64,000 nucleotides of DNA from Nitrososphaeria archaeon. GTDB taxonomy: Archaea; Thermoproteota; Nitrososphaeria; Geothermarchaeales; JDFR-13. The translations under genes were made by a program, and so were the position numbers. Location: contig JALWXN010000004.1 in assembly GCA_027078545.1 (NCBI GenBank), positions 544,001 through 608,000 of the forward strand, read 5' to 3'. The notes under the pieces are model-generated. The model saw only the letters and a program-made list of their open reading frames with translations. It searched no databases and had not been told where the DNA came from. Positions 8,440-18,203 of this stretch are shown here, one piece after another. Every line of letters starts with the position of its first letter. Positions within the stretch are counted from its first letter, which is position 1.

Positions 8440-9138
8440 GTGATGAAGGCGGTACTTGTTGAGGTGGAGTTCCCCGAGGCGGTCTTCACCTCCCACTACA
8501 CCAAGGGCTTCAGGGAGACCTATCTAATACCACTCCCCACATCCGTAGCAGGGATGTTCGGCGCCATGCTGGGCATAGAGAGGTATAATATGCCCAGCTT
8601 CATCAGGAACAAGTGGTTCGGGGCGAAGCTACTATCCTATAATGGTGTAGGGAGAGAGATCTACTTGTTCCCAAAGATTAAGGGAAAGGCTGATAAAAAC
8701 ACGTGGAATGTGGAGTGGGCCCCCGCGTTCCAGGGCATAGTGAATAACCCCAGGTATCTAATAGCAATGGCATCTGAGGATGAGGGACTCCTCAGAGACG
8801 TTCTACGGAGCTTGGGTAGGGGCTTGGTATACCTCCCATATGGAGGGCTTAACGACTTCATAGCCCTGGATGTAGAGGTTCACGGGGATCTCTACGACGT
8901 AGAGCTTACTAAGGAGGTTGAAGGGTATGCTCCTGAGGATGATGTGGCGACGGTCATACCGATGGAGGATGGGGAGATGTATAAGTCCTATGTGAAGTAT
9001 CGTGGAGATGTTGCCACATTCATAATGGTCTATAGGGCCAGGATCAGGCTGAAGAGGGAGGTATACGCAGTGAAGGACTATGGAGTCCCCCTCTACGAGA
9101 TCGGGGAGAACTTTAATTATCTGGTGATGGGTAGGTGA
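8440..9138 (+). CDS. cas5: Type I Cas5
   Basis: AVF...RETYLIPLPTSVAGMFGAMLG N-terminal Cas5 signature. Confidence 0.92.
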   Translation: MMKAVLVEVEFPEAVFTSHYTKGFRETYLIPLPTSVAGMFGAMLGIERYNMPSFIRNKWFGAKLLSYNGVGREIYLFPKIKGKADKNTWNVEWAPAFQGIVNNPRYLIAMASEDEGLLRDVLRSLGRGLVYLPYGGLNDFIALDVEVHGDLYDVELTKEVEGYAPEDDVATVIPMEDGEMYKSYVKYRGDVATFIMVYRARIRLKREVYAVKDYGVPLYEIGENFNYLVMGR

Positions 9139-11396
9139 TCTGGAGGCCTAGGAAGATGATCGCCTGGGACGATCCTAATACTAAGGAGAGCCATCCCTGC
9201 AAACCCCTAGCAAGACATATTGAGGAGATTAGGAAGTTCTATGGCGTACTTAGGAGGCAGTACGACCCAGCTGTAGACCCCAGTCTAATAGGCTGGGCTG
9301 AGGAGATCATAGAGAAGGTCATCGATTATCACGACATGGGGAAGCTGCATCCCGACTGGTCGGTACGCCAGGACAGGAGGACTATAAACCATTCCGAGAT
9401 GTCCGTAAGATGGATACTGGATCACCTCCCAAGCCTCGGGATGCCCGGTATAGATACTAGGGAGTTCTGGCTCATGGTCTACCTCATCCTCAAGCACCAT
9501 AGTAGACTCTCCAAACCCGCTTTGACAGGGATTAGAGACAGGGAGCTAAAGACCTTCCTAGAGGAGTATTTCGAACCGACCATAATGCCAGGCAGTGTCT
9601 CCTTGTTTGACATCCTACTCGGCCTCAGTTTTGAGGAGGCCGTGGTACTGGCGGATCTCTACGGCATGTTCAAGGTCGCTGACATGTTTTCAGCCCTCGA
9701 CATATGTGTAGCGGATATAGATCCCTCACTCCAGATAAGCATAGATAAGGTCAAGAATATGCTTAGTGAGGACGGATCACTAGACATGAACAGGTTTAAC
9801 AGTCAGAAGAAGCTGGTGGATGCTGCTGATATAACCTTGTTGAGGGCGTATACGGGATGGGGCAAGACGACAGCCTCAATACTCTATGCCGTCTCTTCAG
9901 GCAGGAGAAGGGTGTTCTATATCCTCCCAACCATTACAGCCATCAACAAGTTCTATGAGAGGATGAGTAGGGCCTTCGGAGATGTGGTAGGGAAGTATTT
10001 CTACCTGTATGAGTGGGAGAAGGGATCCAAGAAGGATATTGATGACGAGCTGGTGAAGAGGGATCTCCTAAACACGCTGATGATTGAGCGTCTCTTCCTG
10101 AGATACCCAATAACCATAACCACTATCGACCAGCTGATACTCACATTCCTAAGGATATTCAAGTATCACCTACGTAGGTTCAGCTTCTACAACTCGGTTC
10201 TCATCTTCGACGAGGTCCATCTATACACCCCTAGGCTTATGGCACTCCTCCTGTTATTCCTTAGGCAGTTCCACCGTATCTATAGGCTCAGAACCCTCAT
10301 CATGTCCGCCACGCTACCCACTCCATTGATCGACTTTATCAAAGAGTATTTGGGTGCTGATGGTACAAGGGTGGATGTATTTGACCATCGGGACGGTTAT
10401 ATGGGTAGAAGGCGTGTCATGTACGAGGTTAGGGATGAGTCGATATTCGACGTATTGGATGAAGTCGTTAGCCGATTTAATAGGGGGGAGTCAGTACTGG
10501 TTATCCTAAACACGGTTGATAGGGCTGTTGAGGCGGCCCGTCTTCTTAGGGATAAGGTGGGTGGTGACGGCTCATCAGTGGTTCTCCTCCACAGTAGGTA
10601 TATGTATGTGGATAGGGAGAGGATAGAGAGGCGGGTAGAGAGACTCGTCAGGAGTGGTAAACCCCATATCTTCGTCTCCACACAGGTTTCCGAGGTCAGC
10701 CTGGACATATCCTATAGCTATCTCTATACCGAGGCTGCTCCTCTCTCCTCCATCATACAGAGGTTCGGGAGGGTTAATAGGCGTGGTGAGTATGAAACGG
10801 TGATTGACAGGGTGAATGCAACTATACTTACCGAGGTAGGAGGAGATGGAGGGGATTCCGGGAACAAGTATGCCCCATATAGTAAGTATGAGGTGTTGGA
10901 GACCATCGATGTTCTACGGGGTTATGAGGGTGATAAGCTGAGGAATGAGCTCCAGCTCCTCGAGGAGTATGACAGGAGGTTTGATGTAAACGAGTATCTA
11001 AAGGAGCTGAAGAATATGAGGCTAGAGTCCCTCCTTAGGGAGAATGGATATCTAATCGCGCTGGATCTGAGTGAGGAGTCTGTTAAGAAGCTTATAGACT
11101 ATAGGAATAGGGATAGCGTACTCGCCATACCCAATCCCGAGACGATGATCATTGATGATGAGGGTAGGAAGCGTGAGTTGGCCGAGCTCATAGAAACCCT
11201 GAGCAGCCCCGGCCTGCCATATGAGGATAGGCGGATCCTGCTTACAAGGCTGAAGGGATACCTCGTGCCCATGCCGATCTACTTCCTCGCTGAGGGGGGC
11301 CGTTGGAGGGGCTTCCCCATCGTCGATATGGATGGATACGTGTATAGTCCGTATTATGGATTTGCGAAGGTAGAGGTGATAGAGTATGTCCACTAA
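9135..11396 (+). CDS. cas3: Cas3 with N-terminal HD nuclease fused to SF2 helicase
   Basis: HD domain (ARH, HDMGK, NH, KHH, VAD); helicase AYTGWGKT, DEVH, SAT, QRFGRVNR. Confidence 0.96.
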   Translation: MIWRPRKMIAWDDPNTKESHPCKPLARHIEEIRKFYGVLRRQYDPAVDPSLIGWAEEIIEKVIDYHDMGKLHPDWSVRQDRRTINHSEMSVRWILDHLPSLGMPGIDTREFWLMVYLILKHHSRLSKPALTGIRDRELKTFLEEYFEPTIMPGSVSLFDILLGLSFEEAVVLADLYGMFKVADMFSALDICVADIDPSLQISIDKVKNMLSEDGSLDMNRFNSQKKLVDAADITLLRAYTGWGKTTASILYAVSSGRRRVFYILPTITAINKFYERMSRAFGDVVGKYFYLYEWEKGSKKDIDDELVKRDLLNTLMIERLFLRYPITITTIDQLILTFLRIFKYHLRRFSFYNSVLIFDEVHLYTPRLMALLLLFLRQFHRIYRLRTLIMSATLPTPLIDFIKEYLGADGTRVDVFDHRDGYMGRRRVMYEVRDESIFDVLDEVVSRFNRGESVLVILNTVDRAVEAARLLRDKVGGDGSSVVLLHSRYMYVDRERIERRVERLVRSGKPHIFVSTQVSEVSLDISYSYLYTEAAPLSSIIQRFGRVNRRGEYETVIDRVNATILTEVGGDGGDSGNKYAPYSKYEVLETIDVLRGYEGDKLRNELQLLEEYDRRFDVNEYLKELKNMRLESLLRENGYLIALDLSEESVKKLIDYRNRDSVLAIPNPETMIIDDEGRKRELAELIETLSSPGLPYEDRRILLTRLKGYLVPMPIYFLAEGGRWRGFPIVDMDGYVYSPYYGFAKVEVIEYVH

Positions 11397-12363
11397 GAGT
11401 ATAAATTACTGGGAGGAGATCAATAGATGGCTTAGTCTTAGAAGAAAATATACATATACCCTAGAAATAGCAGCCCATAATATTTCTGGTATTAACTTCA
11501 TGAGTACGAGGGGACCAGCAAAAAGATTGGATGATGATTTAAAAGAAGGGAGGGACTACTTCGATAGCCTTATTGAGGTCTTAGATCATATGAAACGGTC
11601 AGACGAATACAAAGCCAGCGTTGTTCCAACTATGGTGTCTTGGAATAAAGGAAGGGGTCTATGGATAAAAAATGTCGAGCCATCGAGTATTGAGAAGGGA
11701 TATTTTGCATATATGGTTACAACTGGACTTGGTTATAGACCTCATAGGGAAGCTATAGTCATTGTTAACTTCATAGGCGATATGGATTTGGAGTCTAAGG
11801 CCAAGCTATGGCAGTATATCTTCCGGAGGGAGGATATAGGGTCGCCATTAAGACCTAATTGGAAGGTAATTAGCAGTGGCTCATTCGACTACGATATTCC
11901 CTTAAATGTAGAGGGGAAGCCCTTGTCGTACGTATTCGCAACGGCTATCCTTATACAGTATGCAAAGTTTCTGGGACAGACACAGGCATTAGACCCGGAT
12001 GCCGATCTCTCTATGGTGGTGCTAACGGTAGGAAGGAGTATACCCAATGAGCTCCAGGTATTTACACGGATAAACAGACTGGTGGGGCATTGGTTCGACG
12101 ATGTTATTAATAATAAGGGTAGGGGTTCAAGCGGCTTCGGACGCTTCGTCGGGTCACTCTACATATCTGATATGAAGTATAGGGATAAGTCTGTATCCAT
12201 GCTTAACAAGTTCCTCCACAGTTTCCTCAATGGCCAGGTGTCTGGTGAGCTCCTGGATAAGCTGATAAACCTAAGGGTCACATACATGTTGGGTGAGGTT
12301 ATTAAGAGCAAGGGTCGTGCCTATGGATTCCGGGGAGCCCAGTTCTTCTTCTCCAAGCTATGA
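11386..12363 (+). CDS. Putative divergent Cas8-like large subunit (325 aa)
   Basis: Overlaps cas3 and cas4; no other cas8 candidate in the operon; size and position match Cas8a; no diagnostic motif recognised. Confidence 0.5.
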   Translation: MSTKSINYWEEINRWLSLRRKYTYTLEIAAHNISGINFMSTRGPAKRLDDDLKEGRDYFDSLIEVLDHMKRSDEYKASVVPTMVSWNKGRGLWIKNVEPSSIEKGYFAYMVTTGLGYRPHREAIVIVNFIGDMDLESKAKLWQYIFRREDIGSPLRPNWKVISSGSFDYDIPLNVEGKPLSYVFATAILIQYAKFLGQTQALDPDADLSMVVLTVGRSIPNELQVFTRINRLVGHWFDDVINNKGRGSSGFGRFVGSLYISDMKYRDKSVSMLNKFLHSFLNGQVSGELLDKLINLRVTYMLGEVIKSKGRAYGFRGAQFFFSKL

Positions 12364-12883
12364 GGACTTCCCATTGGATGAGTTTGTCAGGGGCGTCGAG
12401 ATATATTATTCAGTCGTCTGCCCCACCAAGCTATGGCTCTTCATGAAGGGCCTGGGTAGGGAGCATGAGAGCAGCCTCGTGATACTCGGTCGGCTACTAC
12501 ATGAGAGGTTCTTCAAGAGGAGGGTGAAGAACGTACTTGTTGAGGAGAAGGCCTCGATCGACTTCCTATCCTATGGAGATAAGATAGTCATCCATGAGGT
12601 GAAGCATAGTGATAAGCTCAGCCATGCTGATAGGCTACAGATAATGTACTACATCCTAGTCCTCCTGAACAAGGGTGTGAATAAGGTCTACGGCGTCATC
12701 CACTATCCTAGGCAGAGGAGGAGGGAGAGGGTACGCCTAACCAAGGAGGGGTATAGGGAGATTATGGAGAGGATAAGGTTTATCGAGGAGCTCCGGAATA
12801 GTGATGAGATGCCCCCGCCGGAGTGGAAGCCGATATGTAGGAGGTGTAGCTACCACGAGTTCTGCTGGCTGGAGGGGAGGTAG
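12321..12883 (+). CDS. cas4: CRISPR-associated exonuclease Cas4
   Basis: YYSVVCPTKLWL, GRLLHE, ID...EVK, Q..YY, C-terminal CRRCSYHEFC Fe-S cluster; start approximate (ORF open from 12293). Confidence 0.95.
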
Positions 12884-12921
12884 TGGGGCTAAGAGTATGT
12901 CTCCCCCAATATTTATAGGGG

Positions 12922-13932
12922 TTGTCCGTCTTGGCGAAGGTGAACTACTACCTAGTCAACCATGGTAAGCTTGTGAGGAAGGCCAACACCGTCTACTTCT
13001 ACAGGGTGGGCGAAAAAGGTATAGACAAGATACCCATACCAGTCAAGAAGATACACGCGGTCTACTGCCTCGCCCGTATAGGCCTCTCCTCAGGGGTGAT
13101 ATCATACCTATCCAAGCATAGGGTCCCTGTACACTTCTACAACAAGTATGGGGTCTACCTAGCCACACTATACCCCAGGAAATACCTCCTCTCAGGCTAT
13201 CTCCTGGTGAGGCAGGCTCTACACCACATATCCAGGTGGAGACGCCTATTCATAGCTAGGCAGATAGTGAAGGGAGCGATCTCAAACATGATTCGGAACC
13301 TTGAGAAGCAGGGGCAGAGGATGGATCTGAATAGGGAGATAGAGCTTCTAAAGAAGTTCCTCTCCGAGGTGGATCGTGTCAGGAGTGTTCAGGAGTTGAT
13401 GGGTGTGGAGGGGAATGCTAGGCATGAGTACTACAGGTCTTTCAACAAGATACTCGGGGGGAGGATGACGTATAGTAGGAGGAGTAGGAGGCCTCCCGAG
13501 ACTATGCTCGACGCCTTGATAAGCTTTGGAAACAGCCTACTATACGGCACAGTCCTGACAGAGATATATCATACCCAGCTAGACCCAACCATAAGCTATC
13601 TACACCAGCCATATGAGCGTAGGTATAGCCTAGCACTCGACATAGCCGAGATCTTCAAGCCGATAATAGTTGACCGGGTGATCTTCACACTGGTGAATAA
13701 GAAGATCATTGGGGAGGAGGATTTCAGGAGGGAGTTGAACGCCATCCTCCTGAATACTGAGGGGAAGAGGAAGTTCCTCAAGGAGTATGAGGGTAAGCTA
13801 CAGTCAACCATTAGGCACCGGGGCCTAGGGAGGAAGGTCAGCCATCAACGCCTCATAAGGCTGGAATGCTACAAGCTCATCAAGCATCTACTAGGCACCT
13901 CGGAATACCGACCCCTGGTAGCCTGGTGGTGA
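12922..13932 (+). CDS. cas1: CRISPR-associated endonuclease Cas1 (I-B-like)
   Basis: GKLVRKANT, LMGVEG, RRPP..ALISFGNSLLY, SYLH, LALDIAEIFKP. Confidence 0.97.
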   Translation: MSVLAKVNYYLVNHGKLVRKANTVYFYRVGEKGIDKIPIPVKKIHAVYCLARIGLSSGVISYLSKHRVPVHFYNKYGVYLATLYPRKYLLSGYLLVRQALHHISRWRRLFIARQIVKGAISNMIRNLEKQGQRMDLNREIELLKKFLSEVDRVRSVQELMGVEGNARHEYYRSFNKILGGRMTYSRRSRRPPETMLDALISFGNSLLYGTVLTEIYHTQLDPTISYLHQPYERRYSLALDIAEIFKPIIVDRVIFTLVNKKIIGEEDFRRELNAILLNTEGKRKFLKEYEGKLQSTIRHRGLGRKVSHQRLIRLECYKLIKHLLGTSEYRPLVAWW

Positions 13933-13934
13933 GG

Positions 13935-14204
13935 ATGTACGTCATACTAACATACGACGTGAATGTGGAGAGGCTAGCGAAGGTTCTGAAGTATCTCAGG
14001 CAGTATATGGTCTGGGTACAGAACAGCGTCTTCGAGGGAGACCTGACCAGTGCAGAGCTTATGGAGATGCTCGACGGCCTAAAGGAGCTGATCGATGAGG
14101 ATGAGGACAGCATCAGGATCTACATCCTACCCTCGAAGAAGATCCTGGGGACCCTAATCATAGGAAGGAGATATGACACTTCACATGAGGACACGATCCT
14201 CTGA
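13935..14204 (+). CDS. cas2: CRISPR-associated protein Cas2
   Basis: MYVILTYDV...WVQNSVFEG...DSIRIY; start placed at ATG 13935. Confidence 0.95.
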   Translation: MYVILTYDVNVERLAKVLKYLRQYMVWVQNSVFEGDLTSAELMEMLDGLKELIDEDEDSIRIYILPSKKILGTLIIGRRYDTSHEDTIL

Positions 14205-14292
14205 TGGGATAACCATCGAGTTAGACCCCTGCCTAAGCCGGGAGCATCGGAGCGGCTCCTTATAATGGCTCCATCCCCAGATTGGCTTTGAC

Positions 14293-15384
14293 ATGGATAG
14301 GGGGTATCTCGCCGCCCTCACTGGTGTTGTGGGTCTATACACTGCTTTGGCGGGGCTATACTTCGACATTGCTTATCACCACGTCTTCCCCTTTGAGGCC
14401 TTCTGGAGCAACCCACACATATTGATGTATAGTGGGTTGGCGCTGGCCTTCCTCGTGGGTGGCTATCTACTCATTGATCCGGGGCTTAGGAGGGGGTTTG
14501 GAGGCTCGACTATCAGGATCCTGGGCCTGGAGATATCTCCCTACACCCTCCTCTACAGCCTCTCATGTATATCCGCCCTCCTCGCCGGCTACCTAGACAG
14601 TATATGGCATGGTATCTGGGGGAGCTTCGAGAGCTCCTACAGCTATCCACATACATTGGCACTCACTTCGAGCATCACGGCTGCCCTCGTCCTGGTGACG
14701 GTCCTCGTGAGGGAGTATAGATCCTCCATACTGGCGTCGTCAATATTCCTGGCAGGTATAGGAATGGCCCTCTTCAGAACCTTTATAGGCCCATTCTCAA
14801 ACCCCAGGGCCCTCTTCGAGGAGCTGGCCTCGGGGACTGGTCTGGGGCACCACTTCGAGGGGGAGTCGACCCTCCTCTGGGAGAAGTACTTGGAGAAGGG
14901 GCTCTACGCGGAGAACCCCCTACTCGCACCCATGGTGGTGGCCCTGGTCTACGCCTCGGTACTCATGCTTGCGTATCAATATACCGGGGCTAGGGAGGCG
15001 GTGCTCTATACCGGGCTACTGGTCACGGGCCTAATGCTCATATTCTACTTCTCCGTAGATCTGGCCGGGTATAACCCTGTATATAGGAGTCCACTCGCCC
15101 TCTCAGCCCCAATAATGGCGATGGCCATCTATCTACTTGGAGTCCCCAGGGGGTTCTTCGTGGCGACACTCGTCCCGGGGCTCCTCCACATCCTGCTCAT
15201 CGCTCCGGAACCACTTGCCCTGGTAACATCCTTGGTTGGAGGTGCTCTAGGCATCGCCATATCCGTGACTGCGTATCGTGGACTGATAAACATTGGTAGG
15301 TGGACACTCGGCCTAGTAGCAGTGTTCTTCGTAGCCGTGCCCATCGTCCTGGGCTATGCAGACATATATATCCGGTTCCTATAG
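14293..15384 (+). CDS. Polytopic membrane protein with two D-x3-H-x12/13-H motifs (PmoC/AmoC-like metal-binding pattern)
   Basis: About 10 hydrophobic segments; DIAYHHVFPFEAFWSNPH and DSIWHGIWGSFESSYSYPH. Confidence 0.6.
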   Translation: MDRGYLAALTGVVGLYTALAGLYFDIAYHHVFPFEAFWSNPHILMYSGLALAFLVGGYLLIDPGLRRGFGGSTIRILGLEISPYTLLYSLSCISALLAGYLDSIWHGIWGSFESSYSYPHTLALTSSITAALVLVTVLVREYRSSILASSIFLAGIGMALFRTFIGPFSNPRALFEELASGTGLGHHFEGESTLLWEKYLEKGLYAENPLLAPMVVALVYASVLMLAYQYTGAREAVLYTGLLVTGLMLIFYFSVDLAGYNPVYRSPLALSAPIMAMAIYLLGVPRGFFVATLVPGLLHILLIAPEPLALVTSLVGGALGIAISVTAYRGLINIGRWTLGLVAVFFVAVPIVLGYADIYIRFL

Positions 15385-15386
15385 CG

Positions 15387-16415
15387 CTAGAGTATGATTC
15401 CTGGAGTCGCTACGAAGCCTATGTAGGCTAGGTACCAGCCCAGTATGAATACTGCCGCTGTGACTATGAGGTAGGCCCAGTCCCTAGCGTTTAGCCTCCT
15501 CTCGATCAGGTATGTCCTGTTGGGCTTTGCCCTGAATGCCCTGAGATCAGCGGCTATCGCCATGTTGCTACCCCTCCTCAGACTGCTGAGTATCAGTGGG
15601 ACGGTCATGTGTCTAAAGACCTTGATAGCGTTCCTCAGAGCCTTCAGGAGCTCCCTGGGATCCCTGCTCCTAGGCGGGCTCATCGAAAGCCCCCTCACCT
15701 TAGCCGCGTTTATGATGGTGTTGGCGTCCTCGAATAGGCTGGGTATAAGCCTTATACCTATGACTACTGCGAAGCTGAGGATGTATGGTACACCTATCCT
15801 GAAGTCCCCCCTCTTGATGAAGTTTGTCAGGCCTAGTAGGAGTGCGTTGGGAGCTGTTGAGATTGCTAGGAGTAGGCCGCTCCCAGCTGCAACCAGTATC
15901 CTCAGGCTCTGGAAGGCTCCGTAGTACATGCCCTCCAGCGTGAGTATATGCCCACCGAGGATGTAGTCTAGTCCGGGGTGCATCTCATAGATCGGGGTGA
16001 CGTCGTATATGAAGCTCCTGCTCCACCAGTCGTAGCCATAGCGTATCCCCTGGTAGAATATGCTGTTGATGGGTATGGGTAGGAGTAGGACAAGCATCGT
16101 TATCAGCTTGTCCCTAGGAGGCTTAGCCGCTATCCACATGAGGACTACCCATAGGAATAGTAGGCTCAGGATGAGTAGGTCGTCGAGGATCGAGGCTAGA
16201 AGTGTGACTGTGAATGTCCAGAATATCTTGACCCTCGGGTCAAGCCTGTGGAAGAAGCTGTCCCTCTCCTCGTATAGGAAGAACCTCCTAAGGGCGCCCC
16301 TAAGGATCAGCCTGTAGATCAGGAGGATTATGACTCCGGGGCCCAGGATGAAGAATACCGTGAAGTCGAATAGGAATTTGAGTGTGTCTAGGAGTATGGC
16401 TAATACATCCTCCAT
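15387..16415 (-). CDS. ecfT: ECF transporter transmembrane T component
   Basis: SFFHRLDPRVK, IRLIPSL...AAKVRG, ADLRAF coupling motifs. Confidence 0.9.
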   Translation of the reverse strand: MEDVLAILLDTLKFLFDFTVFFILGPGVIILLIYRLILRGALRRFFLYEERDSFFHRLDPRVKIFWTFTVTLLASILDDLLILSLLFLWVVLMWIAAKPPRDKLITMLVLLLPIPINSIFYQGIRYGYDWWSRSFIYDVTPIYEMHPGLDYILGGHILTLEGMYYGAFQSLRILVAAGSGLLLAISTAPNALLLGLTNFIKRGDFRIGVPYILSFAVVIGIRLIPSLFEDANTIINAAKVRGLSMSPPRSRDPRELLKALRNAIKVFRHMTVPLILSSLRRGSNMAIAADLRAFRAKPNRTYLIERRLNARDWAYLIVTAAVFILGWYLAYIGFVATPGIIL

Positions 16416-16421
16416 GCCTGG

Positions 16422-18128
16422 TCACCCCGTCTCTACCGGCTTGATAACCTCTAGGAAGTCCTCGACGCTGAGTATAGCTGGCCTGTCGGGGAAGATGTTC
16501 ATCCCGAGCTGGGTTATGTATGGTGGTAGGATGTCGTAGTTGGGTAGCCACTCGCTTGTGAAGAGCTCTCCAGGCTCGCCGTCGAAGACTATCTCACCGT
16601 TATGCATCAGTATAACCCTGTCGGCATACTCGGCTACGACCCTCATGTCATGGGTTATGAAGATCACTGTTATCCCCCTCTCCCTATTCAGCCTCCTAGC
16701 TAGGTCCATGAGCTTGACTGAGTGTCCCCAGTCCTGGCCGGTGGTCGGCTCGTCGAGTATGAGTATCTTCGGCTGCATAGTCAGTATCGTGGCTACAGCC
16801 AGCCTCCTCCTCTGCCCCCTGCTCAGGCTCTGTGGATGCCTATCCCTAAACTTCTCGAGGCCCAGCACCTGCAGAGCGTCCTCCACCCTCCTCCTAACCT
16901 CCTCCTCGTCCAGCCCCAGGTTCCTCGGGCCGAAGGCCAGCTCATCCTCCACAGTATTTGTGAAGAGCTGGTGATCCGGGTTCTGGAATACATAGCCTAC
17001 ATACTTGATTATCTCGGTCATAGGGGTCTCCCTAACATCGTGGCCATATATCCTGGCTGTACCCCTCGTAGGCTTTAAGAGGCCTACCAGGATCTGGCTC
17101 AGGGTGGACTTTCCGCTCCCATTCCTCCCTATTATGGCTACGAACTCCCCCTCCCATATCTTGAGGGAGACCCCTTTAAGCGCGGTCACCCCGTTGGGGT
17201 ATGTATGCCAGAGATCCTCCACCTCGATCGCTATCCTCCCCCCACTACCTACACCCTGCCCGGGCCTATCGATCCTGACTGGTCCGTTCACTAGTGGCTT
17301 GAAGAGCTGGACACCCTCCTCGAGGCTTATCGGCATACCGTCTCTCCAGCCATATTTATATGCGGCCTCGGAGATCTGTGGGGGTCTGACACCCTTCTCC
17401 AAGAACTCGTTGAGCCTTGTATATGCCTTGTGGGGCTCGTCGTCAACGATTATCTCCCCCTCCTCCATGAGTATTATCCTATCGGCGTACTTCGATACCT
17501 CGTCAAGCCTATGCTCGATCAGTATGACGGTTACGTCCCTCCTCCTCTGTATCTCGCTTATCACGCTTAGGACGGCCATAGCCCCCTGTGGATCGAGGTC
17601 TGAGGTCGGCTCGTCAAAGATTATTATCTCCGGCTCCATAGCCAGTATACCCGCTATAGCCGTCCTCTGCTTCTGCCCACCGCTCAGGGCGAATATGGGC
17701 CTATCCCTAATCTCGTATACACCCGCATCCCTCATAGCCCTCTCGACGCGGCGGATAATCTCCTCCTTAGGCATAGCCAGGTTCTCCGGTCCGAATGCCA
17801 CGTCCTCCTCCACGGTCAGGGCGAAGAGCTGGTCCTCAGGGTTCTGCAGTACCACCCCGACCAGCTGGGTCAGCTGGTGTAGAGGCTTCGTCTTGGTATC
17901 TATACCCTTCACCAGGACACGGCCCTTCATAACCCCCTTGTCGATGACGTGGGGGATGTATCCACAGATCGTCAGTGCCAATGTAGATTTTCCACACCCA
18001 CTCCTACCCGTGAGGACTATGAACTCCCCCTTCCTAACCTCTAGGTTTATCCCCTTGAGGACCCACTCATCGCTGAATGGATATTTATACCAGAGATCCT
18101 CTATCCGGAGTACGACCTCCCTACTCAT
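16422..18128 (-). CDS. ecfA: ECF transporter ATPase with two fused ABC domains (A-A')
   Basis: Two Walker A (GRSGCGKS, GRNGSGKS), QNPEDQ/QNPDHQ Q-helix, LSGGQ/LSRGQ, DEPT. Confidence 0.93.
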   Translation of the reverse strand: MSREVVLRIEDLWYKYPFSDEWVLKGINLEVRKGEFIVLTGRSGCGKSTLALTICGYIPHVIDKGVMKGRVLVKGIDTKTKPLHQLTQLVGVVLQNPEDQLFALTVEEDVAFGPENLAMPKEEIIRRVERAMRDAGVYEIRDRPIFALSGGQKQRTAIAGILAMEPEIIIFDEPTSDLDPQGAMAVLSVISEIQRRRDVTVILIEHRLDEVSKYADRIILMEEGEIIVDDEPHKAYTRLNEFLEKGVRPPQISEAAYKYGWRDGMPISLEEGVQLFKPLVNGPVRIDRPGQGVGSGGRIAIEVEDLWHTYPNGVTALKGVSLKIWEGEFVAIIGRNGSGKSTLSQILVGLLKPTRGTARIYGHDVRETPMTEIIKYVGYVFQNPDHQLFTNTVEDELAFGPRNLGLDEEEVRRRVEDALQVLGLEKFRDRHPQSLSRGQRRRLAVATILTMQPKILILDEPTTGQDWGHSVKLMDLARRLNRERGITVIFITHDMRVVAEYADRVILMHNGEIVFDGEPGELFTSEWLPNYDILPPYITQLGMNIFPDRPAILSVEDFLEVIKPVETG

Positions 18129-18203
18129 GCCCTCTATCCCCGGTGGGGATGTCTAGATAGTATCATGACATGGATGTATAAAAAGTGGGGATGGATAGCG
18201 GGC

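Noticed and set aside
17005-18156. Long antisense ORFs (383 aa here; also 7135-7977 and 57366-58481)
   Set aside because: Shadow frames opposite well-supported genes, with Ser/Pro/Leu-rich composition expected from this codon bias
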